IMG/VR virus record: IMGVR_UViG_3300045988_159385
Location: 1 to 47,144 of that record
Source: a virus
DNA: 47,144 nucleotides
Reading direction: 5' to 3' (one strand)
The number at the start of each line of letters is the position of its first letter. The stretch's first letter is position 1. Below the pieces are notes generated by a model. The model saw only the letters and a list, made by a program, of their open reading frames with translations. It was not told where the DNA came from and made no database searches. The position numbers were made by a program, and so were the translations under genes. Below are positions 36,764 to 46,321 of this stretch, piece after piece.

Positions 36764-38077
36764 TTAAACATGATCAAGATTAATATCCTGAATCCCTTCA
36801 ATTTCTTCTTGTTTAACCTTCTCAGCTTCTCTTGATGTGTTATTTATAAAACTAAACAAACCTCTAGCAGTTTCTTTAGAAATGACCCCATCTGGAGTTT
36901 GAGAAAGCATTTGAGCAATAACAAGATCGTCCTGAGGAATGTTTAAAGTATACTTAACACTTAAGTCTCTATAGTCATATGTTGTGCTATCTATTCTATT
37001 AAAAACACTAAATATAACTTTATGCCTATTTTTACAAGCGTCCTGCATAACCGCTTCCGTATCCCTTACACGCTGTTCTAATGAAATTAATCTATTTCTT
37101 AAAGCAGTTCCTGAGATATTTGAAGCTAATTGCTCACCAGTATCAACATGACCTGACATATTATAAAGTTGTTTCTCTAACGTAGACAATGTATTTTGAA
37201 CAAAAGTATCATTTATATCTTTTGTCAAAAACCTCATGTCAACATCTTTTTCATCAGTATTTAAAATACCTTTTTCCTTCATCTTCGCAATTACTTCATC
37301 ACTTAAATTGCAACCAAGCGCTAAGAAATATGCAAGCCTATAATCAGATATTTCATTAACTATATCAGATAAATTTGTTTCATAGCCATCCTGAATATCT
37401 TTTATATCATTAAATATAGTGTCTTTCTCCCTATACTTACTTAATGGAATATAAGTAACAGGAACAAAACCAAATATATTATTTTCATAGTTATCTAACT
37501 TAGAAAAAGTAACATCTGTATGATAAATTCTATCTTTAGTATAAATATCTACATATTCAGTAGTATCAAATTTCTTTTTATAAAATCTCATAAAAATCAA
37601 TGGCTGCAAATTTTCATCAAAATAAACATATCCATCTAAAGGATTAACAACCTTTGAACTTACTTGTAATTCTTCCTTGCCTGCAATAATTTCTTTACGA
37701 AGGTAATATAATTCAAATACCACTCCAAATGTGAGTAAATCTCTTAACAATTCCTTATCATGAGTTTCGTTCCAATGAGCAGTTTTTTTCTTAATAAGTT
37801 CAACTGCATCTGGATCTTGTCCAATCAAAGTAGGTTTATTAGATAACAAATAAGAAACCTCTTCTTTTATAAATTTCTTTATAAAATTAGCTTTTACTTT
37901 TAAATTAGATCTACTTTTATTATTTTTATATTTAATTCTAGCGTCGCTCTCGCCTTCAACAGCATATCTATACATAGTAAAATATAAATCTCTCTTATTT
38001 ATGTAATCTGAATAGCAATCTTGCAACAACTTTATATTTTGCTTAAGATCCATTTTTTTATCCTTTCTTATTATCAT
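36764..38077 (-). CDS. Portal protein (SPP1 gp6-like)
   Basis: 437 aa directly after terL. The start codon is embedded in a 38-nt repeat. Confidence 0.7.
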   Translation of the reverse strand: MIIRKDKKMDLKQNIKLLQDCYSDYINKRDLYFTMYRYAVEGESDARIKYKNNKSRSNLKVKANFIKKFIKEEVSYLLSNKPTLIGQDPDAVELIKKKTAHWNETHDKELLRDLLTFGVVFELYYLRKEIIAGKEELQVSSKVVNPLDGYVYFDENLQPLIFMRFYKKKFDTTEYVDIYTKDRIYHTDVTFSKLDNYENNIFGFVPVTYIPLSKYREKDTIFNDIKDIQDGYETNLSDIVNEISDYRLAYFLALGCNLSDEVIAKMKEKGILNTDEKDVDMRFLTKDINDTFVQNTLSTLEKQLYNMSGHVDTGEQLASNISGTALRNRLISLEQRVRDTEAVMQDACKNRHKVIFSVFNRIDSTTYDYRDLSVKYTLNIPQDDLVIAQMLSQTPDGVISKETARGLFSFINNTSREAEKVKQEEIEGIQDINLDHV

Positions 38078-38108
38078 TTACGAGTATATTATTTAAGAGT
38101 ATTAAAAT
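38072..38108 (-). repeat. 38-nt direct repeat, copy A (spans terL stop and portal start)
   Basis: ATCATTTACGAGTATATTATTTAAGAGTATTAAAATA matches 41892-41928 at about 34 of 39 positions. Confidence 0.6.
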
Positions 38109-39358
38109 AAAGAATTTCTATCAAAAATCCTTACTTTAGCCCCCTGCATTTTTAAATCTGTTTGTACTGCATATCTAAGAGCATCCAATCCATGATTATT
38201 CTTGTCCACAGGTCTATTTATATACTCACCTGTTTTCTTATCTTTTACCCATGTGTAATTTTTAAACTCTTCTTTTATTTGAGTACAATCACCATGAACT
38301 ATAATCCTATATTGTTGCAACAACTGGATACCTTGCATTATAGAATCTTTCCCCTTTATAGCTGCTCTAGTTCTATTTAATCCATGCTTTTTTAACTCTG
38401 CTATAGATTTAGCTTCAGCAGAATCACAAGTAATAATTTCTTTTCCATAACCCTTAGCTATAATCGATTCAGCAATTTCATTATTTAATAGCCCCTTTTG
38501 GAAAAATTCATCAAAAATCCACAAAGTTTTTTGACTTTCTGAAATTATTGCAGCAACAAAGGCAGTAGGATCATTGACATATCCAAAATCTAGCCCAAAA
38601 ATAGCTTTGGCATCATCATACAACTTGATTACTTCTCTATAATCAAAGAAATCCTCTTTCCAATTTGTATAAACTAACTTATCTAATGTAGCAAATTCCC
38701 CTAAAGCATAAATTGCGTGATACGTAGGATTATTTTTTGCCATCTCATTTAATGTGTTTATGTAGCTATCAGGTAAAAACTTATTATCCTTATATGTAGT
38801 ATGTAAAACTACTGTATTTTCCTCATTATAACCATTTTCGAACCATCTTTTATATACCCATGAGCTTTTAGAAACAGGATTGAACATGCAATGTATTTGC
38901 AAATGTGGTTCTCTACTTCTTAAACGGAGGTCAAGCTGGTCAAAGTCATCCATCTCCAATTCTGTTACTTCTTCGCATACAATATCTGATATATCAGCAA
39001 TAGATTTCAATTTTTCTGGATCATCTGTTCCCTTGAAAATTATTTGACTATTATTAGGAAATACTATTGATAAATCTGTTTTATTAACTGTGCATTCATC
39101 ATATAGCCCCCAATCCCCAAGCATGGACTTAAACAAGGCAAAAATAGAATCCCTAATGGAGCTTTGCACTTTTCTTACTACAAGACATTTTCTGTTAGGG
39201 AACTTTAGGAGCTTCAATATCATTTTTTGAACAACAAAGTGAGATTTACCACTTCCCGCACCACCATAATAGACATTATATCTTTTATTGTAATTATTCA
39301 GTTGTGAGAAATAAACTTCATTGAAGCATCTTTTTGTTGCTTTTATACTTATTCTCAT
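38102..39358 (-). CDS. terL: Terminase large subunit
   Basis: Walker A YGGAGSGKSH; 418 aa with a nuclease half. Confidence 0.85.
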   Translation of the reverse strand: MRISIKATKRCFNEVYFSQLNNYNKRYNVYYGGAGSGKSHFVVQKMILKLLKFPNRKCLVVRKVQSSIRDSIFALFKSMLGDWGLYDECTVNKTDLSIVFPNNSQIIFKGTDDPEKLKSIADISDIVCEEVTELEMDDFDQLDLRLRSREPHLQIHCMFNPVSKSSWVYKRWFENGYNEENTVVLHTTYKDNKFLPDSYINTLNEMAKNNPTYHAIYALGEFATLDKLVYTNWKEDFFDYREVIKLYDDAKAIFGLDFGYVNDPTAFVAAIISESQKTLWIFDEFFQKGLLNNEIAESIIAKGYGKEIITCDSAEAKSIAELKKHGLNRTRAAIKGKDSIMQGIQLLQQYRIIVHGDCTQIKEEFKNYTWVKDKKTGEYINRPVDKNNHGLDALRYAVQTDLKMQGAKVRIFDRNSLF

Positions 39359-39360
39359 TG

Positions 39361-39954
39361 TTATTCCTTTTCTTCAATTTCTCTTTGCCAATAAGGAATC
39401 CAGTTGACTTCATTAATATTAAATTCATTTTTAAATGATATACTAAACTGTCTATTCCAAATACACTGATTTTTCATCTTATAATACAAAATTAAATCAT
39501 CTTCCAAACTTAAGCACTCATAACCAGTCTTAACTATTGCATATTCTATTTTCATAGTAGAGTTATAAACAAACTGTGGAAGGTGCTTACAGGAAGGTGC
39601 AAAATGTTGAGTAATTCTTTCTCTTAAAAAATATTCTCTCAATCCACCATGTCCATTACTATGAATACTTCTTTCACATTTCCCAATATATAATACTTGT
39701 CCATTTTTATCTAAAAACTTATAAAGTGCAAAGTCTCCTTGTATCCGCTTAAACTTAGGCTCTTTCTTAGCAAATTTCAACTCTCTTATTTTCTTTCCTG
39801 TCTTTTCAGTTTTCAATAAATGAGCTTGCGACCTGCTTCTATTTAGACCTAATGCTTTAAGCCATTTTTGAGCAGTTCTTTGATTCACTCCAAATGCTAT
39901 TGCAATTTCTTTTGTACTTTTTCCGGCTTTAGCCAGCTTTATCACTTCTTCCAT
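39361..39954 (-). CDS. HTH plus GIY-YIG homing endonuclease inserted between terS and terL
   Basis: N-terminal HTH STKEIAIAFGVNQRTAQKWL; GIY-YIG core GDFALYKFLDKNGQVLYIGK...R...H. Confidence 0.6.
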   Translation of the reverse strand: MEEVIKLAKAGKSTKEIAIAFGVNQRTAQKWLKALGLNRSRSQAHLLKTEKTGKKIRELKFAKKEPKFKRIQGDFALYKFLDKNGQVLYIGKCERSIHSNGHGGLREYFLRERITQHFAPSCKHLPQFVYNSTMKIEYAIVKTGYECLSLEDDLILYYKMKNQCIWNRQFSISFKNEFNINEVNWIPYWQREIEEKE

Positions 39955-40368
39955 TTATAAGCCCCCTTTTATATGAAAAAAAATAAATTGTAATAGTGTG
40001 CAGATTTCCAATTTCATTTTTAAAGGTACCCCCTATCTATCTCCCGCTGGTGAATATTAATTATATTTGTTACTGTTATTATGTTGTAAATACTGTTGAT
40101 CTTATCTAATAGGCACCCATCGAGCAAAGAAAAAGTAGTAGGACATCCCCCAAAAACTGCTGCAATAAAAACACTGCATTTTTTAAAAAATGCGTCTTTT
40201 ACGGAAAAGGCGCATTTTTTTCTTAGTGCATTTTTTCAGCAAAAATCCCCAGGAGCCCAGTAATATCAAGGCTTATAGGAATTACTGCGTGTTTTTACAC
40301 ATATAAATATGAGTGCATTTTTATTGTTTTAGTGTGTTTTTATAGCAAAAGTTTAGCTAAAATAAACT

Positions 40369-40761
40369 TTATTCTTCTATATCAATGACAATTTCTTTGT
40401 TTTCAACAACTTGCTCAACCCTGTCAACCCATCCACAATTGTTCTTTAGAGTGAATATTGCTCCAGTAACACTGTTCTTATGGAATAAGGCTTGTTCATA
40501 TCTGGAGTGAATAAATGCTTTAGCCCTCTTTATCGTGTGACTAAAACTTGCTTTCATATCATCATCAACATTCTTCAAACATCTTCTATCATTAGAGTTT
40601 TCGTAATCTAATAATGACTTTCTACTCATATCTAATGCAAACGCTAGACCTGATATGGTTGGAACTTCTTTTGTTTCTTCACACTCTTTGAAATAATCAT
40701 CAATGATCTCTTGCATTTGCTCAGGTGTTGCATACTTTCTTGGTCTACCCCAATACTTCAT
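40369..40761 (-). CDS. terS: Terminase small subunit
   Basis: GRPRKYATPEQMQEIIDDYF...PTISGLAFALDMSRKSLLDYE. GTGAGGTGA SD. Confidence 0.7.
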   Translation of the reverse strand: MKYWGRPRKYATPEQMQEIIDDYFKECEETKEVPTISGLAFALDMSRKSLLDYENSNDRRCLKNVDDDMKASFSHTIKRAKAFIHSRYEQALFHKNSVTGAIFTLKNNCGWVDRVEQVVENKEIVIDIEE

Positions 40762-40945
40762 TCTTTATCACCTCACTTTTGTGGATAAATAAAAAAGACA
40801 CTTGAACTTAATCAAATGCCTTTTCTCTACAATACTATTTTACTATGTAATTTAAATGTAAACTCGACTTCTTATTGATTTAAAACTGCTATCTTATATA
40901 TAAAAAAAGTTTAAAAAATATGCTTAAAGTTCAATATAAAAAAGA

Positions 40946-41236
40946 GGTTACACAAAGGTTACACTTTTGGTTACACTTTTGATTACACTTTTGTAACCTC
41001 TGAAACCCTTGATATATCTAGCTTGAGAGAGTTTTTTCTACAAGGTTACACTTTTTGTGAAAATAATGTGTGCATCTTTTTATTTTATTATAATATTTTT
41101 TCTTCTATATATAATATAATATTTTTTTTACTGTAACTTTGTAACCTTATATATATAAACGGCTCAACCATGCGGTTCACACAGGTTACACTTTTGGTTA
41201 CACTTTTGCAATGAAACTGTAACTTTGTAACCTTTT
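40946..41236. repeat. Iteron-like array of GGTTACACTTTTG and GTAACTTTGTAACC flanking an AT-rich core
   Basis: Four tandem copies at 40946-40995, one at 41043-41057, two at 41185-41209, and CTGTAACTTTGTAACC at 41131-41146 and 41219-41234. The AT-rich stretch is 41075-41130. Confidence 0.6.
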
Positions 41237-41414
41237 ATTCTTTGATAACTTATATATCTGCTCACTTGAAAATAATATTTTGCTCATAACTAATTCATCT
41301 CATAAACTTATTGTACAAAAAAGAACCTATATAGACAGACTCTCTCTTATAAGTGCCTATCTTATAGGTTCCATTTTAAAATATTGGCTTCCCCTTATTT
41401 TTTATATTTGAACA

Positions 41415-41897
41415 TTAAACGTTAAATATATAGTAAGATAATGTATTAATTATTTTCTTTCTAGCTCTACAACAGTTATCTTTATCTTTGTTTAATTTAT
41501 ATCCAACTTCGACCCAACTTTTTCGAGGTTTACTAAAATATCTTAATTCTATTAATTTTCTATCTTCTACAGATAACGCTTCAAGAGCTAATTTTATTTT
41601 TTCTCTTCTAGTTTGATGTAAATATTTATCTTTTTCTAATCTTTTAATATATTGCATAACTTTTTCATCTCTTCTTATAACTTCATTTTCAACAGAACTA
41701 TTAAAGGCATTGGTAGGAGCTGACTTTTCTTCGTATTGGACTGCCTGTAATGTAATATCATTTTTTAAAGCTTCTATATCTATTTCTATGCTTTTAATTT
41801 TAATGTCTATGTCCTTAAAGGCATATAGAACTCCCTCTGTTTTTTTAAATAAGTTTCTTTTATCTATCGTTTCGCTCATTTCTCCTCCATTCATCAT
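41415..41897 (-). CDS. ArpU/RinA-family late transcriptional activator (sigma-70 region-4-like)
   Basis: C-terminal LSVEDRKLIELRYFSKPRKSWVEVGYKLNKDKDNCCRARKKIINTL. Start is ambiguous: ATG 41897 inside the 38-nt repeat, or ATG 41879 after GGAGGAG. Confidence 0.55.
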   Translation of the reverse strand: MMNGGEMSETIDKRNLFKKTEGVLYAFKDIDIKIKSIEIDIEALKNDITLQAVQYEEKSAPTNAFNSSVENEVIRRDEKVMQYIKRLEKDKYLHQTRREKIKLALEALSVEDRKLIELRYFSKPRKSWVEVGYKLNKDKDNCCRARKKIINTLSYYIFNV

Positions 41898-41928
41898 TTA
41901 CGAGTATTTTATTTACTAGTATTAATAA
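41892..41928 (-). repeat. 38-nt direct repeat, copy B (spans ArpU-like gene start)
   Basis: ATCATTTACGAGTATTTTATTTACTAGTATTAATAAA. Confidence 0.6.
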
Positions 41929-42035
41929 AAAATTATTTAGTAAACTCATATTTGAAGTTATTTTTCTTATCTATAAACACAAATATAATCTTAACTTCTT
42001 TTTCTTTCTTTTTATTTATTGCTTCCTTTTTCAAT

Positions 42036-42260
42036 TTAGTCATCAATAAAATTTTCTTCGCTTTCAATCTTATTGCATTCTCTATCTAAATACCACTTAG
42101 CTTTTTTTAAATCTTCTAATTTAGAATTTTTATGCTCTGCTCTTGCTATGTACTTAATTGTATTCCCTAAATTAAAGCCTAATTTCCAATCTTCTATAAC
42201 GCTGATAGGCTCAATATTTCCAGCATTATAATGTTTTGGATGATTTATATTATCACTCAT
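42036..42260 (-). CDS. DUF3310-like conserved phage protein
   Basis: HPKHY...IEPISVIEDWKLGFNLGNTIKYIARA...DLKKAKWYL pattern. Confidence 0.5.
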   Translation of the reverse strand: MSDNINHPKHYNAGNIEPISVIEDWKLGFNLGNTIKYIARAEHKNSKLEDLKKAKWYLDRECNKIESEENFIDD

Positions 42261-44836
42261 TTAAACACTCCTTGTATTATTTTATTTTCTTCTTCCGTTA
42301 CTTCTTCAAAGTCTGGCTCTACTATAGAATAAAGTTTTAATTCATGTAGTCTTTCCCTGTTATATTCATCATACCTCATTGACTTACCTGCAACTTTGAT
42401 TACTTTCCCAGTATCTATTATATAGCCACCTTTTTGAGCTTGTTTTTTAAAATCTTTCAGCTTTAAAGGGATAATTTCTGCTGAACCAACTTTATTTACA
42501 AAATCAAATATTTCATTTAGCATTTCAGAAGTTCTTATGTATACTTTATGTCCTTGTTCTTTTATTACGTCGCTTTGTGGGCCAACTCTTCCATCCTCCA
42601 ACATCTGATTATATAAAATCAACATATTTTCAGATACAGACCTGCTCTCTTCTTCCCCTTCTAAGATTTCATCTTTTATATTTGCTGTTATAAATTTTTC
42701 ATAGTCTGTTAGCTTGTTAATTCCATGTTTATTTAGTAATATATTCAATATCTCCATGCCGCAAGCTATATTTAAAGCCGTTCGCTGTGGTCTATTTTTT
42801 AATTCGGTGAAATTTCTCTTTGAATTTTCTCTTATAGCTTTATATTCTTCTGCACTTAAATTTAATACTATATTTATCAAACTTCGTCCCAACTTTTTTA
42901 ATAGTTCTTCATTTTCTATGAGCCACATCATAGATTCTGTATGTTCTTCTTTTCTTTCTCTCTTAGATAGATATACAATACAGCTTCTTTCTATTAATGC
43001 AGTTTCTGAATTAGGATAACTCTCTTCTCCAGCAACAATTAGTGGCCTTGATAGCTGAAACTCTTTAGTTTTAAGTGATTTATCCCCCCTTGAAATCGAT
43101 GCTCTATCATACGAATTTCTTAAAGTTTCACTTAATTTTTGAATTTTATATTTATCTAATGCACTAGGCTTGAATTCATCAAAAATGGAAGTGTAATTCC
43201 CAATACTCAGCTCTTTGATTAATGCAAAAGAAGTAATTAGACCGATGGATTTTATTTCTTTTAAGGGATAATTGAGTAAAGGTGCTACCACATTAGTTAA
43301 TATAGTTGATTTTCCCGAACCCGATTCTCCAACTATTAATAAATGATGAAGTTTTTCTTTAACTGCTTTGTTTTGTAGTACAGCTAAATTGTTGATTACA
43401 CTTCCAACTATCGGGATGCTTTTAGCTGGTGTAGTAAATCTAAATAATTTATGTATTAATAATTCAAGTTCTTCTTTAGTTATTTCTTTATCTATAATAC
43501 ACATATCCCCAGCCTTATCTGCCTTTATAGAATAATCTATATCCTCTTTTGATATACTATATTCTGCTGTTATTAACTTAATTTCATTACTTTTTTCTAT
43601 AAATTTTATACCCTCATGAATTTCTTCATTATCTATTGCGAAAAATCTATTGACCCATGACCCAAACTCTGTTAAGTCATCTGTTTTCCCTTTAAAGGAT
43701 AGGTCCAATGTTCCTAGAAAATTTTTAAAACTTTTCACATCATCAAAAACATTAGCATATCCGATTTTTTCGATTACTTCATCTGTACAACTCTTTGCAA
43801 TAAGCTTAATTCCCTCTAAATCCTCATCAACAAATTTTAATCTTTTTGCTTCAAGTAGCTTAAAATCAGTAATATATCGCTTTCCCCAACTTTCTGTATT
43901 TTTATCAAAATACCACCTAAAAATTCCTTGCCAGTCTTGTTGTAATTCATATTTAGATTTTAGATCTAAGCTACGTTTAAAGGCTTTTAATAAATCATTT
44001 TTGTTATTTCCTGCTTCAATCCAGTCCGTTACGTCTTTATTATCCCCCATACTCTTGAGGCTAGGTAAAGTAATAAACTTAAATTGACTACAATATTCTT
44101 CATATTCATCAAAAATTTTTTTCCCGTATTTCTCTCCAGCCTCTCCAGTGTCGCTAATCACGAAAACTTTCATCCCAGTTCTCTGTAGCATTGAAAAATC
44201 TTTTAAGCCCTTGACAGAAGTTGCAGTATAATAGTTGTTCTTAAATAGTGCATTGATGGTATTGGCATCTTTTTCACCTTCAACAAATATTATTGTTTTT
44301 CCTTCTTCTAATGCCTTTAATGAATTGTAGTGATTATATGGCACTTCTTCATGCCCTCTAGAATTGATGACCTTGTCCCCTTCAAAGTGATAATATGAAG
44401 TAGTTTTCTTTCCATCAGCTTTTGAAAATTTGACTTTATAATATATTATTTCATTTTGCTGATTTACGAATGGGAAAATCCCTTTTATTTCAAGTCCCTT
44501 TTTATCCTCATACTTTTCTATCTGCCATTTTATAAAGTTTTCTAATTGCTCTAACTTTTTTTCTTCTTCTGTTTCTTCTTCTGCTATATCTAAATACTTT
44601 CTAGCTTCTGTATAATTAAAGCCTTTAAGTTTCTGTATAAAATCTATAGCATCTCCAACTTCTTCGCATCCAAAACACTTAAATTTTTGTTTATTGGCAT
44701 CTGGAAAAAACTTTATTGACATACTTGCTGTCTTTTCGTTGTGGAAAGGACACTTTATAAATCCTTTTTTATCAAAAAAGTTTCCTGTTTCATTCTCAAT
44801 TAAACTTTTTAAATCTATGTCTATCAACGCCTTCAC
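42257..44836 (-). CDS. DNA primase (CHC2 zinc finger plus TOPRIM) fused to a P-loop NTPase domain
   Basis: CPFHNEKTASM...CFGCEEVGDAIDF zinc finger; IIFVEGEKDANTI TOPRIM motif; Walker A GESGSGKST. Confidence 0.75.
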   Translation of the reverse strand: MKALIDIDLKSLIENETGNFFDKKGFIKCPFHNEKTASMSIKFFPDANKQKFKCFGCEEVGDAIDFIQKLKGFNYTEARKYLDIAEEETEEEKKLEQLENFIKWQIEKYEDKKGLEIKGIFPFVNQQNEIIYYKVKFSKADGKKTTSYYHFEGDKVINSRGHEEVPYNHYNSLKALEEGKTIIFVEGEKDANTINALFKNNYYTATSVKGLKDFSMLQRTGMKVFVISDTGEAGEKYGKKIFDEYEEYCSQFKFITLPSLKSMGDNKDVTDWIEAGNNKNDLLKAFKRSLDLKSKYELQQDWQGIFRWYFDKNTESWGKRYITDFKLLEAKRLKFVDEDLEGIKLIAKSCTDEVIEKIGYANVFDDVKSFKNFLGTLDLSFKGKTDDLTEFGSWVNRFFAIDNEEIHEGIKFIEKSNEIKLITAEYSISKEDIDYSIKADKAGDMCIIDKEITKEELELLIHKLFRFTTPAKSIPIVGSVINNLAVLQNKAVKEKLHHLLIVGESGSGKSTILTNVVAPLLNYPLKEIKSIGLITSFALIKELSIGNYTSIFDEFKPSALDKYKIQKLSETLRNSYDRASISRGDKSLKTKEFQLSRPLIVAGEESYPNSETALIERSCIVYLSKRERKEEHTESMMWLIENEELLKKLGRSLINIVLNLSAEEYKAIRENSKRNFTELKNRPQRTALNIACGMEILNILLNKHGINKLTDYEKFITANIKDEILEGEEESRSVSENMLILYNQMLEDGRVGPQSDVIKEQGHKVYIRTSEMLNEIFDFVNKVGSAEIIPLKLKDFKKQAQKGGYIIDTGKVIKVAGKSMRYDEYNRERLHELKLYSIVEPDFEEVTEEENKIIQGVFK

Positions 44837-44853
44837 AATTTCACCTCACTTTA

Positions 44854-45360
44854 TTAAATTCTTCCTTGAAAATATTTCTCTATCTCTTTCTTTTGTATTA
44901 TGTTGTTAAAGATATTCTTATTCGCTACAACCCAAATCTTTTGATTAAGAGTTATATCTACCAACTCAGATGAAGAAAATTCATTACATACATCTATCAT
45001 TTGATTAATAAGCTTTCTATCATTTTGACAGATTGAACCCCAGTTAAAACTTTTAATAACAGCATTCCATACCCCTTTACTAATATCTGTGTACTCTGTT
45101 ATTGGTGGTATGTTATTACCTCCATACTTTCTGTATTCTTTATACACTTCAGGTATTACTGGCCCAAAATCCCATGCTTCTATTTCTTCAGTAAAACATT
45201 CCACACCTTTTGTTGTTATAAATAATGCTTGTACAAAATATAATATCTTTTGTAATTTCAAATTAGATACCCAATAATTATTTTTATTGCAATAATTAAT
45301 TACATATCTTGATACATCTAGTACGTTGTACACCCGCTCTTTATTACTCTTCTTCATCAA
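44854..45360 (-). CDS. Panacea (DUF4065/SocA-like) domain protein; candidate antitoxin
   Basis: LKLQKILYFVQALFITTKG...FTEEIEAWDFGPVIPEVYKEY matches the Panacea signature as I recall it. It overlaps the upstream ORF by 17 nt. Confidence 0.55.
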   Translation of the reverse strand: MMKKSNKERVYNVLDVSRYVINYCNKNNYWVSNLKLQKILYFVQALFITTKGVECFTEEIEAWDFGPVIPEVYKEYRKYGGNNIPPITEYTDISKGVWNAVIKSFNWGSICQNDRKLINQMIDVCNEFSSSELVDITLNQKIWVVANKNIFNNIIQKKEIEKYFQGRI

Positions 45361-45985
45361 AATATCCTTTATTTTTTAAAATATCTCTTACTGCATATCT
45401 TAAAGTATTATAGATTTCTGCTGCTACATCTTCTGCACTTACTGGCATTATTAAAGTTTTAAATTCTCTCTCTAATGCTTTTAGTCTTTTGTATAATGTC
45501 CCTTTTTCATATTTGGAACGATAATTCCCATTTTTTAAGTTTTTCAAATAATTTTCATCTTCTATGTATATAACAAAGTTTGTCCCATACCTGTTTAAAG
45601 CTGTAAACTCTTGTTTTAATCTCATGTAATCACTTTTTAATATTTTCTCTAAATATTTCTCCCCAAGTAGTTCTACTGCTTCTTTATCTATATCTTTAAG
45701 ATTGTCTTTTTTAGTTCTTAAATTCATTGCTAATTCATCAATACAAGATTTTCTCTCTATCACAATATCATCAGTGAAATAAATATCCCTAGTTTGTCCC
45801 TTGAATGATCCGTTGGGGATATAGCAAGAGTAATCACCTAAATCTACTTTAGCTATCTTATAAGGTCTTTTTTTAGCTTCTAGCCATTCTTTTATGTGTT
45901 CGCATTTCTGTTCTCTTGTATCTATAAGCACTACCATGCTATCTAAAATTTTATCTATTTCTGTTTCAGTATATTTATATCTCAT
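45344..45985 (-). CDS. ERCC4/XPF-type nuclease-domain protein (213 aa)
   Basis: VLIDTREQ followed by GDY(n)ERKSCIDEL, i.e. the GDXnERKX3D nuclease motif. Confidence 0.5.
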   Translation of the reverse strand: MRYKYTETEIDKILDSMVVLIDTREQKCEHIKEWLEAKKRPYKIAKVDLGDYSCYIPNGSFKGQTRDIYFTDDIVIERKSCIDELAMNLRTKKDNLKDIDKEAVELLGEKYLEKILKSDYMRLKQEFTALNRYGTNFVIYIEDENYLKNLKNGNYRSKYEKGTLYKRLKALEREFKTLIMPVSAEDVAAEIYNTLRYAVRDILKNKGYFDEEE

Positions 45986-45995
45986 CTTTGCTCCT

Positions 45996-46280
45996 TTATT
46001 TTATTTGTTTTAGAAATTGTGAATTATGTGGAACAAGAACACTTTCACCACATTTGATACAAGTAAATCTATGTCCTTGTATAGTTCCTACATTTATGTC
46101 ATTTATGTGGTGCATATCAGCCCCACACCTCCAACATGGAATAGGTTCAAATTTTTTATTGTCACAATCAAACATAGCATAGCTATTAGTTGCATTAGTA
46201 TCTGAATAATTCTCTTCTGCTCTAAAACAACTTTTTCTTTCTTCACATTCTTTATTGATACAAAACGTTATGTCTTTCAT
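45996..46280 (-). CDS. Zinc-binding mini-protein (94 aa)
   Basis: Multiple CxxC pairs. Confidence 0.45.
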   Translation of the reverse strand: MKDITFCINKECEERKSCFRAEENYSDTNATNSYAMFDCDNKKFEPIPCWRCGADMHHINDINVGTIQGHRFTCIKCGESVLVPHNSQFLKQIK

Positions 46281-46321
46281 ATTAATATCCTTCTTTTTTT
46301 GAAATGTTTTTGAATTATTCG

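Noticed and set aside
40946-40995. Tandem 12-nt repeats considered as a CRISPR array
   Set aside because: The units are contiguous with no spacers, are only 12-13 nt long, and no cas genes are present. They fit iterons or activator sites better.
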